NCBI GenBank assembly: GCA_965203355.1
Contig: OZ241889.1
Span: 1,408,001-1,472,000, forward strand
Length of the DNA: 64,000 nucleotides
Direction of reading: 5' to 3'
Source of the DNA: Candidatus Latescibacterota bacterium
GTDB taxonomy: Bacteria; Latescibacterota; UBA2968; UBA8231
The notes beneath the pieces were generated by a model. It saw only the letters and a program-made list of their open reading frames with translations, ran no database searches and was not told the DNA's origin. The position numbers were made by a program, and so were the translations under genes. Of the stretch, positions 9,683-18,284 are shown one piece after another (positions within the stretch are counted from its first letter, which is position 1; the number at the start of each line of letters is the position of its first letter).

Positions 9683-10720
9683 ATGTTGAAACGCTTGCAG
9701 ATACAAAATTTTCGCGGCTTCAACGCGCTCAAAATTAACCAATTGAGCCAGATTAATCTCATTGCCGGTAAGAATAATTCCGGCAAGACCAGCTTACTTG
9801 AGGCAATGTTTCTGCTATCCAGTGCCGGAAACGCACAAATGGCCGTAAATCCCAATGTTATTCGGGGCATAGAACTAGGTGCTCCGCTGCGAGATCCCTT
9901 CTGGAAACAGTTCTTCTACAACTTGGACATGGGACTTCATATTGGGATTAAAGGATATTATAAATCGCGTGAATTGACTTTGAAGATCACCGCGGAGCGA
10001 CAGCCCACCACCAAAATACCCCTTGAGCGGACGGATGGAATTTCGACGACGAACCTTTTCGACGAACGTTCGCTCACATTCCAATATAGCGATTCTAAAA
10101 ATAAAAAAATCAAAAGCCATATATGGATTGAGGGACAGGAGTTTAAAGTCGAGCAACCCAATATAAATATCCTTTTGCCTGTGGCGATTCTCTTGTCTCG
10201 GAGTAGGAATATCTATGAAGATGCCATGAGGCTGGGACAATTAAGAAAGAAGAAACAGGGCGATTTGCTCTTAAAAGCACTACAGGTCATCGAACCGAAT
10301 CTACAGAGCATTGAGGAAAATTCCTCCAGCGGCACACCCATGATCTGGGGGGATATTGGATTGTCCGAACTGGTGCCGCTGTCGGCAATGGGTGACGGCA
10401 TGACTCAGATCGCCCGGATTGTTTTGGCGATAGCTTTCATGCCGAACGGCGTCGTTTTGATAGATGAGGTTGAAAACGGTATTCACCACTCGGTGCTGCC
10501 CGATGTCTGGCGAGCTATTGACGAAGCGGCCAAGCAGTTCCGTACGCAGATATTTGCGACCACGCATAGTTTTGAATGTATAGAAGCAGCGCATCAAGCT
10601 CTTGGCTCTGATGGCTTTCTCCTACACCGGCTTGAAGCTGGAGACGCGGAAAATCGTTGTGTTACCTACGAACCGGATTCAATCGCTGCCGCGATTCAAC
10701 ACGGCCTTGAGGTGCGCTGA
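9683..10720 (+). CDS. ABC-type (AAA_15/AAA_21-like) ATPase, putative defence component
   Basis: LQIQNFRG, Walker A GKNNSGKT, signature MGDG, Walker B LIDEVENGIH, ATTHS. Confidence 0.85.
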   Translation: MLKRLQIQNFRGFNALKINQLSQINLIAGKNNSGKTSLLEAMFLLSSAGNAQMAVNPNVIRGIELGAPLRDPFWKQFFYNLDMGLHIGIKGYYKSRELTLKITAERQPTTKIPLERTDGISTTNLFDERSLTFQYSDSKNKKIKSHIWIEGQEFKVEQPNINILLPVAILLSRSRNIYEDAMRLGQLRKKKQGDLLLKALQVIEPNLQSIEENSSSGTPMIWGDIGLSELVPLSAMGDGMTQIARIVLAIAFMPNGVVLIDEVENGIHHSVLPDVWRAIDEAAKQFRTQIFATTHSFECIEAAHQALGSDGFLLHRLEAGDAENRCVTYEPDSIAAAIQHGLEVR

Positions 10721-10722
10721 GC

Positions 10723-11355
10723 ATGGCAAAAGCAATACAGATTGAATCGGCGATCCAGCTTCTCGTCGAAGGCAATGATCCGCGTAACTTCTTTGAAGCG
10801 TTTATCAAGCATCAATCGACTGCAAATATCCAGCTTCAGAATTTCGGCGGTGTGAGTGAGCTGAGTGGTTTTCTTCGTGCATTTGTGAACTCGCCGGATT
10901 TTCAGACTGTTCAGAGTCTCGGCATTGTGCGGGATGCGGAAACATCCGCTGACGGAGCATTCCGCAGCGTTCAGTCGGCCCTGCGGAATGTTACAAATGT
11001 TACACTACCTGTGCCGGACAGCCCTGCAGAGCGCACTGGCATCAGTCCGGCAGTGACGGTGCTGATACTACCCGGGGATAATCGCCAAGGGATGCTTGAG
11101 ACGCTACTTTGCGAGACCTTTGCGGACGATCCGGTGAATCGCTGCATTGATGATTTTTTTAAGTGCGTCGAACCTTTGCCAGACACGTCCCAAAAGAACC
11201 CAGACAAAGCTCGCGCCCATGCCTATCTGACGACAAAGTGCCAGCCCCATGTTTCCGTAGGTGTGGCCGCACAGAAGGGCTATTGGAATTTGAACCACAG
11301 CGTCTTCAGCACTGTCGGCGACTTTCTGCAAACGATAGCTACAACCGATCCATGA
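10723..11355 (+). CDS. TOPRIM-like protein (DUF3226-like)
   Basis: LLVEGND, GIVRDAE, GMLETL, KARAHAYL; starts 2 bp after the ATPase stop. Confidence 0.7.
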   Translation: MAKAIQIESAIQLLVEGNDPRNFFEAFIKHQSTANIQLQNFGGVSELSGFLRAFVNSPDFQTVQSLGIVRDAETSADGAFRSVQSALRNVTNVTLPVPDSPAERTGISPAVTVLILPGDNRQGMLETLLCETFADDPVNRCIDDFFKCVEPLPDTSQKNPDKARAHAYLTTKCQPHVSVGVAAQKGYWNLNHSVFSTVGDFLQTIATTDP

Positions 11356-11474
11356 GCGACTACAGGAAAGATAGAATCAGCCGGAAGTTCCGCTAAACGA
11401 TCAAGGGACCAGCCGCTCATTGGTTCGTGTTTATTCCAACAGCCACGCAGATATTATAGTGCATTAGCGCAAGC

Positions 11475-11571
11475 CGAAGCCGAGCAGTCGCTTGTCGCCG
11501 CTAATCGAGAGTTAGTGGAGCGGATGGCGGGGAAGATTCGGGCGGCGATTGGGCGGGTGTGTGGAGACGAG
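11475..11571 (+). repeat. 97-bp direct repeat copy 2 (orphan hsdS 3' end followed by TAA)
   Basis: Matches 9099-9195; encodes EAEQSLVAANRELVERMAGKIRAAIGRVCGDE*. Confidence 0.95.
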
Positions 11572-11601
11572 TAACCTGATGCGGTGCGTTACGCCGTGCC
11601 C

Positions 11602-12489
11602 CTATTGAGCTTTGTCTAGCAGGGACCTAAAGGCTTCGAGGCTGGTCACCTGTAGGGCCGCTCGGTGCAACTGTTTGAGTCGCGGCACCTCGTCGATGGC
11701 CCCTAAGCGGGCGACCACGCCGCGCACGGCCTCGGGCTGAAAGCGCAGTTCCAACACTGCTTGGATGCTTTCGCGAATGCCTTGTTCGATGCCTTGTTCG
11801 ATGCCTTGTTCAAGTGCCTTTTCCGTGAAATACTGCACTACCGACGATTCGTACATGGTCGCCTCCGAAATGATGGTCATAATCGTTTCTAAGTTATACA
11901 CCAACCCGCTCAAAATCGCAAGATCAGCCAAGTAATTGGCTTTGACCGGCTCGTCGAGAGGGGCCTGTTGCGCCCGGTGGATACACTGACGCAACCACGC
12001 CTCGGCCTCCACCCCCGTCGGCGGTTGCATCAACGGCGCAAACGGCAGCAAGCCCATCAGACCGCGGTCGAGTATGCGTTGGCCGTCCAGTTGGCTCAGC
12101 CGAATCACCTTGTATTGCACCAGTACGCGGTAGCCATGCTGCGCTTGGAGATAGTGTCCCGGGTCGCGCTGGCCGGCGTTGGGGCGCAGGTAGATGACGT
12201 TGGAATAGAGGGGTAGGCCGTGCTGCTCGATGCCGCGGCCGATGTAACCGGCCATGCGCTGCGGCATGGGGGGGTTGCTGTCGGTGGTTTGAAATTCGTG
12301 ATGGATGAGGGCCTCCTCGTCGTGGATGCGCACGCGGATGAGGCTGTCGGTGCGGTGGGTCTCGACGGTGGGTTGTTCGGTGTCGAGAATGTCGAGGACT
12401 TCGAGGTCGTCTTGTTGGAGGGCGAAGCGGGCGAAGTCGCGGGGATAGGTGTGGATGAGGTGTTTGGCGATGGTATCGAATTCGGCCAT
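11602..12489 (-). CDS. Rpn family PD-(D/E)XK nuclease / putative transposase
   Basis: FDTIAKHL, RTDSL, IHHEFQ, MPQRMAGY, LLPFAPL, C-terminal EQGIEQGIEQG repeat and LELRF; RBS GGAG before ATG 12489. Confidence 0.8.
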   Translation of the reverse strand: MAEFDTIAKHLIHTYPRDFARFALQQDDLEVLDILDTEQPTVETHRTDSLIRVRIHDEEALIHHEFQTTDSNPPMPQRMAGYIGRGIEQHGLPLYSNVIYLRPNAGQRDPGHYLQAQHGYRVLVQYKVIRLSQLDGQRILDRGLMGLLPFAPLMQPPTGVEAEAWLRQCIHRAQQAPLDEPVKANYLADLAILSGLVYNLETIMTIISEATMYESSVVQYFTEKALEQGIEQGIEQGIRESIQAVLELRFQPEAVRGVVARLGAIDEVPRLKQLHRAALQVTSLEAFRSLLDKAQ

Positions 12490-12763
12490 GGTGCTCCAGT
12501 AGGCATTAGCGGGTTCAGCGCGGTGAGGGCAATGCCTACGCTGCAATAATCATGCCAAGGCTGCGGCTCAGGGGGCAGGAGGGGCTATGAGGGGCTGGAG
12601 TGTAGCGAAAAGGATACAGCGATGGGTGGTTAGGGACCAAAACGACGTCCGGTCTGATGGCTGCAACCGAATCGCGGCGGCGGGTCGCTCCTTTCACGAC
12701 GTCGACAAAACCACTGTCAACGAATTTGTGGAATAAATGGCAGGACCTGCTTAAAACAGTTCC

Positions 12764-14038
12764 CTACCAATAGCTCAGCGCGTCTGCAAACATCCCCGCG
12801 AGTTGCTCGGCGTCCGCCGCTCGCGGCGAGAGCTTGGTCACGCGATGCTGCGGCAGCGTGCCCTCGACGAGCGCTGGGATGTGCTGGCTAGCGTAGCCGA
12901 GGGCGCTGAGGCCGTTGGGTGCGCCGAGTTGGCGCATCAGCAAGATGATGCGGTCGGCCAAGATCGCGCCCGCGTCCTCGGCTCTTGCTCCGCTACAATC
13001 GGCTCCCAAGACGCTGGCCGCACGCAGATGTCGCTCGGGGCAAGCCGGCGCGGTAAAGCGAAAGACCGCCGGCGAGTTGACGATCACGGCAAATCCGTGT
13101 GGCACCAGCGGATGATCGATAGCGTATCCCTCGGGCGCATAGCTTTCCACCATGCCAGCCACCGGATAGGACATGCCGTGCGGCAAGTGGACGCCGGCGT
13201 TGCCAAAGCCAATGCCAGCGAGGGCCGCGGCCAAGCACATGGCGCTGCGGGCGTCGTCGTCGCTGGGGTCGGCCACGGCGCGGGGCAAAAATCGCTCCAC
13301 CAACCGCAAAGCCTCCAACGCCCACAAGTCGCTGATTGGATTCGAGCCTTGGTAGGCGGGCCGCAGTTGGGGACGGTCGGGTTGGGGCCGCTGATTAAAC
13401 GGCAGGGCCGTGTACGACTCCAAGGCGTGCGAGAGCACGTCGAGGCCGGTTGCGGCGGCCACCGGCGGCGGCATGGAGCGCGTGTTGTCGGGATCGACGA
13501 TGCCCAAGGTCGGGCGCATGTAGCGGTGGGCTATGCCGGTCTTGGCTTTCATCTCGACGAAATCGAAGATCGCCACGCCCGTGGTCTCGCTGCCGGTGCC
13601 AGCGGTGGTGGGAACGGCGATCAGCGGCTTGAGCGGACCGGGCACGGGCGCACCCCGGCCAATGGGCGCGTTGACGTAGGTGAGGAAATCGGCCGGGTAC
13701 GTGGTGTACACGTTGGCCGCTTTAGCCGTGTCCATCACCGACCCGCCGCCGATGGCGACGAACCCGTCAAACCCTTGTTCGGCAAATGTAATGGCCGCCT
13801 TGAACGAGGCGTCGGTCGGCTCGACGCGCACTTGGTCGAACAGCGCGTACTCGACGCCCGCTTCGGCCATGGCCGCCAAGGCCGTCTGCACGGGCGCTTG
13901 CTCGCGCAAGTTTGGGTCCGTCAAAACCATGACCCGCTTCAGCCCTTGGTCCTTGAGATCCATGCCGATCTCCTTGGTGATGCCCGGACCGAAGCGAATG
14001 TTGGATGTGGCGATTTCGTAGGCCGTGTCGAGTAGCAT
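12764..14038 (-). CDS. Hydroxyacid-oxoacid transhydrogenase (iron-containing ADH family)
   Basis: VEPTDASF, GGGSVMDTAK, YVNAPIGRG, PTTAGTGSETTG, DVLSHALESYT, RPAYQGSNP, GVHLPHGMSYP, VPHG. Confidence 0.9.
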   Translation of the reverse strand: MLLDTAYEIATSNIRFGPGITKEIGMDLKDQGLKRVMVLTDPNLREQAPVQTALAAMAEAGVEYALFDQVRVEPTDASFKAAITFAEQGFDGFVAIGGGSVMDTAKAANVYTTYPADFLTYVNAPIGRGAPVPGPLKPLIAVPTTAGTGSETTGVAIFDFVEMKAKTGIAHRYMRPTLGIVDPDNTRSMPPPVAAATGLDVLSHALESYTALPFNQRPQPDRPQLRPAYQGSNPISDLWALEALRLVERFLPRAVADPSDDDARSAMCLAAALAGIGFGNAGVHLPHGMSYPVAGMVESYAPEGYAIDHPLVPHGFAVIVNSPAVFRFTAPACPERHLRAASVLGADCSGARAEDAGAILADRIILLMRQLGAPNGLSALGYASQHIPALVEGTLPQHRVTKLSPRAADAEQLAGMFADALSYW

Positions 14039-14051
14039 AGGGTTGCCTTTC

Positions 14052-14187
14052 GGTGGTCAGTGGCCGGTGGCCGGTGGCCGGTGGCCAGCGACCAAGAGGA
14101 CCACGCATCAGAACCGATCACTGACCACTGATTACTGATCACTGACCACTGACCACTGATCACTGACCACTGACCACTGACCACTGC
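14052..14187. repeat. Two opposed heptamer tandem arrays (GTGGCCG)n and (CACTGAY)n
   Basis: GGTGGTCAGTGGCCGGTGGCCGGTGGCCGGTGGCC at ~14052-14086 and about ten CACTGAC/CACTGAT units at ~14119-14186, between divergent genes. Confidence 0.9.
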
Positions 14188-14256
14188 CGAATATAGGCTT
14201 GACTTGGAACGGGCGGCAAGGTCTAGTTAAAGAGGCTTTGAAAATGGGAGAGCGCC

Positions 14257-14682
14257 GTGGTTGAACAAGCGAATAGGAGGCCCGAGGAAGTGGAGGAAGG
14301 GCCGCAGTTGACCTTGGATTTTGGCAAGGTACAGCGGGCTGCGGCCTGTGGCGAGGGCTTGGTGCCGGTGGCGGTACAGGACGCGGACAGCGGTGAAGTG
14401 CTGATCGTGGCGTACGTCAATGAAGAGGCGTTGAACTATGCGCGGCGCGAGGGCGTGGCCGCATTTTGGAGCACGTCGCGCAACGAGTTGTGGGTCAAGG
14501 GCGCGACCTCGGGCAATGGGCTCGAACTGGTCGAAATCCGCGTCAACTGCGAGCAAAATTCGCTGCTGTATCGCGTCCGACTCAAAGGAGAGGGAGCGTG
14601 TCACACGTTGGGCGCAGATGGGCGGGCGCGGTTGGGGTGTTACTATCGGCGGCTCGTGGGGGAGCAGCTCGAACCGATTTGA
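14257..14682 (+). CDS. hisI: Phosphoribosyl-AMP cyclohydrolase
   Basis: GLVPVAVQD, AYVNEEA, FWSTSRNELWVKGATSG, NCEQNSLL, ACHT...CYYR. Confidence 0.9.
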   Translation: MVEQANRRPEEVEEGPQLTLDFGKVQRAAACGEGLVPVAVQDADSGEVLIVAYVNEEALNYARREGVAAFWSTSRNELWVKGATSGNGLELVEIRVNCEQNSLLYRVRLKGEGACHTLGADGRARLGCYYRRLVGEQLEPI

Positions 14683-14727
14683 ATTGCGCTGGGCGGATTG
14701 CATTTTTGCAGATAGGAGGACTAGGCG

Positions 14728-15255
14728 ATGGCTAATGCCGTGATTGTCGTGGACATGCAGAACGGCTTTATGCGTCCAGACGGGACGCTCTACTGCGGTG
14801 ACCACGCCCGGGCGATCATCCCGCGCATCGCCGCGCGGGTCGAGCGCGAAAAGGCCGCTGGGGCCGCGCTGTTTTTTACCCAAGACAGCCACACCGCCAA
14901 CGACCGCGAGTTTGAGATGTTTTCTCCGCACTGTATTGCAGGCAGCGAGGAGGAGCGCATCATTGATGAGCTGGCGTCGCTGGCCCAAGACGCGCAAATC
15001 GTCAAAAAGCGACGCTACAGTGCCTTTTTTGGGACCGAGCTGGCTGCGATGTTGAACGAGTTAGCGCCGGACAAGGTCGTGGTGATGGGCGATTGCACGG
15101 ACATTTGCGTCCTGCACACTGTGGCCGGGCTGCGCAACCGCGACTATCGAGTCGAGGTCCCGGCCGATTGCGTGGCCAGCTTTGATCCCCAACAACACGA
15201 GTGGGCCTTGGGGCATATAGAAAAAATCCTCGGCGCACAGGTTACTAACCGCTAA
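14728..15255 (+). CDS. pncA: Nicotinamidase / isochorismatase-family cysteine hydrolase
   Basis: VVDMQNGF, QDSH, PHC, KRRYSAF, GDCTDICV; context with pncB and nadE; RBS AGGAGG. Confidence 0.8.
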   Translation: MANAVIVVDMQNGFMRPDGTLYCGDHARAIIPRIAARVEREKAAGAALFFTQDSHTANDREFEMFSPHCIAGSEEERIIDELASLAQDAQIVKKRRYSAFFGTELAAMLNELAPDKVVVMGDCTDICVLHTVAGLRNRDYRVEVPADCVASFDPQQHEWALGHIEKILGAQVTNR

Positions 15256-15341
15256 CATAAGGAGTCCAACTCCAACCTCATGGACGTGATGGCCTTCTGA
15301 CGTTCCCTAACCCAACCTATTCCTAACGAAGGAGACAAACC

Positions 15342-15803
15342 ATGAAGATCGTCTTTTCGTTGGCCATCTTGGCCTTCACCCTCACCGCCTGCGAAGGCCC
15401 GTCCAAGACAATGGGACCCCAGCAGGAAGTGGTGCCACTTGAAAAACAGACTGTTTCACTGGAAGATGGAACCATCATTGCACTGGAGTTATCCTATGCC
15501 CTCTATGATGATACCAACACCATCTTCATAGAAGATGATCGGATAACGCCCACAACCTTCCAAGCCCTTTACTTCAAGATGACGAGTCCTGGGACGGCGG
15601 AGGCAGCCTACGTGCCCGTAGACTACATGATGCTGTTCATGTTGTCGACCCTGTACGAGTGGAACGAGATGCAAGTGCCCTTCCTGCTCATTGGCGAAGG
15701 GTATCTTGCAATTTCCGACACAGAAAGGACGCTCTTGGGGTATGGCACCACCATGGAGTTGGGATCATACGATGTTGACTTAGCGATCCTAGTGTCGCAG
15801 TAA
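15342..15803 (+). CDS. Hypothetical lipoprotein
   Basis: Signal peptide with lipobox LTAC; RBS AAGGAG; no recognisable domain. Confidence 0.7.
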   Translation: MKIVFSLAILAFTLTACEGPSKTMGPQQEVVPLEKQTVSLEDGTIIALELSYALYDDTNTIFIEDDRITPTTFQALYFKMTSPGTAEAAYVPVDYMMLFMLSTLYEWNEMQVPFLLIGEGYLAISDTERTLLGYGTTMELGSYDVDLAILVSQ

Positions 15804-15844
15804 CCCTTAACCTCAGAAAACCACCTAACCAAGGAGCAAAAACC

Positions 15845-17086
15845 ATGAAGCGCATCCTACCCTTGTTGTTTGTGATAGGCACCATCGCCTGCTCAGAGAG
15901 CAACAGTACCCCCCCCCCCACGGCGCCATCTAGCAAGAGGCAGTCGGACGATTGCTCTCTATGTGACATGATGGATAAGTTCCGGGAGATGAAGCCCGAT
16001 CCCGAACCGGCAGCACCCGACACAACAGCCGAAGCCGATACGACACAAGCAGTAGCACCCGTAGAGGAGCCTACCCCCGTAGAACCTGCTTTTCCTGAAG
16101 GAGGTGACCTCAATGGGGATGGGGTGATGGACGATGAGGAAAGCCGAGAGATCGAGGCGTTCCAGCAAGCCTGCCGAGAGATCGCCACGGGCATAGTCTA
16201 TGCTATGCCGTCCCTAGTAGCCGGGGAGGGCCTCAATGTTGAGGGCCTGTCTATTCCATGGGACAGATGGTCTAGTCGCCAATCCAGAGCAGTAATAGAG
16301 TTTAATGGTTATGGGACCGCTGGCCTCGTAGGCCGCATCAATGTCTCAAGCAACCCGGCCCAAGCATGGTTTTACACCTCGCCCAGCGATCGAAGCACCC
16401 CCCGCTTTCTAATCGGAACATCCTTGCTAATCAGTGTGCAGGGACGTAGCGTGTCTATCGCCGGATCGTTTGCTGATGTGGGCAAGCCGGCCATGACGAA
16501 GATAGCTAGGCCGATCTTGCTGGTATTCAGCTACGCCCTGGAGACCGCTTTTGGTTCATGGAACGAGACGATACAGGGTGAGCACCGGGGGAGCATCAGT
16601 ATCAGTGGAACTAAGAGTAGCACTTGGTTCTTTGATGATTATGCTATGTCACCTCAAGGCGTAACAATACGTGGAAACATATCCACTGGGGATGTTAGCA
16701 CCAGAAGGTATCCTGTCGATGTGTGGGGTTCCCTTGAGGTTTTCCTGCCTGAGCATGTAGCACGAGGGAAGGTGGCTGTTGTCAGGACACCCCCCCCACC
16801 GGCTGAGCCCGTAATAGACTGGGCCAGTCTGCTGAGCACAGAGACCGTGCCGTCAACGATACAACCTATCACGTATGCTTCGGTCTATATCAATGCTAAC
16901 CTCTACAAGGGAGGACGCGCCGAGGGGACCATGCAGCTTAATAACGAAATAGAAATGAATGATGGTAGGTGGTATCAAGATCGGATCGAGTATGACATAG
17001 CCGACCTGGTAGCAATTCCAGAGCATCGGGCCGCCTTCTACTCGCTACCGATCACCACCCGAGAGCAACTCCTTAGCTCCCAATAG
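15845..17086 (+). CDS. Hypothetical lipoprotein with EF-hand-like loop and poly-C tracts
   Basis: Lipobox TIAC, Pro/Thr-rich linker, DLNGDGVMDDEE; RBS AAGGAG. Confidence 0.7.
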   Translation: MKRILPLLFVIGTIACSESNSTPPPTAPSSKRQSDDCSLCDMMDKFREMKPDPEPAAPDTTAEADTTQAVAPVEEPTPVEPAFPEGGDLNGDGVMDDEESREIEAFQQACREIATGIVYAMPSLVAGEGLNVEGLSIPWDRWSSRQSRAVIEFNGYGTAGLVGRINVSSNPAQAWFYTSPSDRSTPRFLIGTSLLISVQGRSVSIAGSFADVGKPAMTKIARPILLVFSYALETAFGSWNETIQGEHRGSISISGTKSSTWFFDDYAMSPQGVTIRGNISTGDVSTRRYPVDVWGSLEVFLPEHVARGKVAVVRTPPPPAEPVIDWASLLSTETVPSTIQPITYASVYINANLYKGGRAEGTMQLNNEIEMNDGRWYQDRIEYDIADLVAIPEHRAAFYSLPITTREQLLSSQ

Positions 17087-17107
17087 GATGCAACCCAAGC
17101 AATCACG

Positions 17108-17140
17108 GCGGCTCCGACAGTGTAGTCGGGGCCGCATTTT
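17108..17140 (+). terminator. Probable intrinsic terminator
   Basis: GCGGCTCCGAC-AGTGTA-GTCGGGGCCGC stem followed by ATTTT, 22 bp after the lipoprotein stop. Confidence 0.7.
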
Positions 17141-17166
17141 CATCACTCCCTAACGAAGGAGACCTT

Positions 17167-17271
17167 ATGAACTGGCAAGACAAGTCGCTGTTCATCGGCG
17201 ACAACCTGCACGTGCTGCGCGGCATCAACAGCGAGAGCGTAGCCCTGGTGTACTTAGATCCCAACCGCTGA
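17167..17271 (+). pseudogene. N-terminal fragment of an N6/N4 DNA methyltransferase
   Basis: Hand translation MNWQDKSLFIGDNLHVLRGINSESVALVYLDPNR*; matches the GDNL...LIYLDPP(F) start of beta-class MTases, cut inside the DPP motif. Confidence 0.75.
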
Positions 17272-18272
17272 TGGCAAAGCGCGACCTATACGCACCCTCG
17301 ACGGCGACGCTGTTGGGCGACAACGCGGATATTTACTTCCTCCGCAGTTGCGACATTCTAGCGGCCGAGCAGCTTAATCCGGTCGTGGCGATGGAGGTGT
17401 TTACTCGGCGGCGTGCGCTGCTTTGTGGCGTGCGCGAGGTGCAGGCCCTCTTGCGCGAGGTGCTCGGCGAGGAGGCGGAGGTGTGGAGTTTGGACGAAGG
17501 GGATTGGATCGAGCCGCGCGAAGTCGTATTGCGGATCCGCGCGCCCTACCGGCAGTTCGGCTTGTACGAGACAGCGCTGTTGGGGATGCTCAGCAGCGAG
17601 ACCGGGTGGGCCACGGCCGCGGCCGAGTGCGTGGCCGCAGCCGATGGGGTACCGATTGTCAGCTTCGGCGCTCGGCACATCCACCCGGAGGTCAGTGCCC
17701 GAATGGAATACGCAGCCATCGTCGGCGGATGCGTTGGATGCGCCACTCCGCATGGAGCCGCGCTCGCCGGGATTGAGGCAACTGGAACCATGCCCCACGC
17801 CCTGATCCTGTGCCTCGGCGACACGCTCAAGGCGGCAGAGGCATTCGACCGCCACGTCGCCCCCAGGGTCGAGCGGATCGCCTTGGTTGACACCTTTAGA
17901 GACGAAGCCGAAGAAAGCCTGCGGCTGGCAGAAGCGCTAGGAGAGAAGCTGTGGGGTGTGCGGCTGGACACGCCCGGCGAGCGCGGCCGCGTCACCGCCG
18001 AACTGGTCGCGGAGGTGCGGGCGCGGCTCGACCAAGCCGGGCATCGTCATGTAAAGATCGCGGTCTCCGGCGGCTTAGACGCCGAGCGCATCCGCTATTT
18101 CCGGGCGGCAAGAGCACCGGTAGATGCCTTTGGCGTCGGCAGCGCGATCAGCTCGGCCGCGGCGATAGATTTTACCGCGGACATCAAGGAGGTAGATGGC
18201 CGCCCCCTCGCCAAGCGGGGACGAATCCCGGGGCTTACTGAAAACCCCCGCCTCAAACGATTGGAACGCTAA
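17271..18272 (+). CDS. pncB: Nicotinate phosphoribosyltransferase
   Basis: DIYF, SFGARH, GTMPHAL, LVDTF, GVRLDTPGERG, VSGGLD, FGVGS, AKRG. Confidence 0.9.
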   Translation: MAKRDLYAPSTATLLGDNADIYFLRSCDILAAEQLNPVVAMEVFTRRRALLCGVREVQALLREVLGEEAEVWSLDEGDWIEPREVVLRIRAPYRQFGLYETALLGMLSSETGWATAAAECVAAADGVPIVSFGARHIHPEVSARMEYAAIVGGCVGCATPHGAALAGIEATGTMPHALILCLGDTLKAAEAFDRHVAPRVERIALVDTFRDEAEESLRLAEALGEKLWGVRLDTPGERGRVTAELVAEVRARLDQAGHRHVKIAVSGGLDAERIRYFRAARAPVDAFGVGSAISSAAAIDFTADIKEVDGRPLAKRGRIPGLTENPRLKRLER

Positions 18273-18284
18273 AAGGAGCATCTT

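Noticed and set aside
5793-11571. Invertible hsdS shufflon
   Set aside because: The hsdS repeats are direct, not inverted; no spare TRDs or site-specific recombinase are present.
12550-12760. Possible IS end or ncRNA between rpn and the transhydrogenase
   Set aside because: No partner inverted repeat, target duplication or recognisable RNA motif found by eye.
14052-14187. Possible CRISPR array
   Set aside because: Units are contiguous 7-mers with no unique spacers, and no cas genes are present.
15252-17166. Integron cassette array
   Set aside because: TAAC motifs lack paired GTTRRRY ends and attC-like palindromes; no intI in the window.
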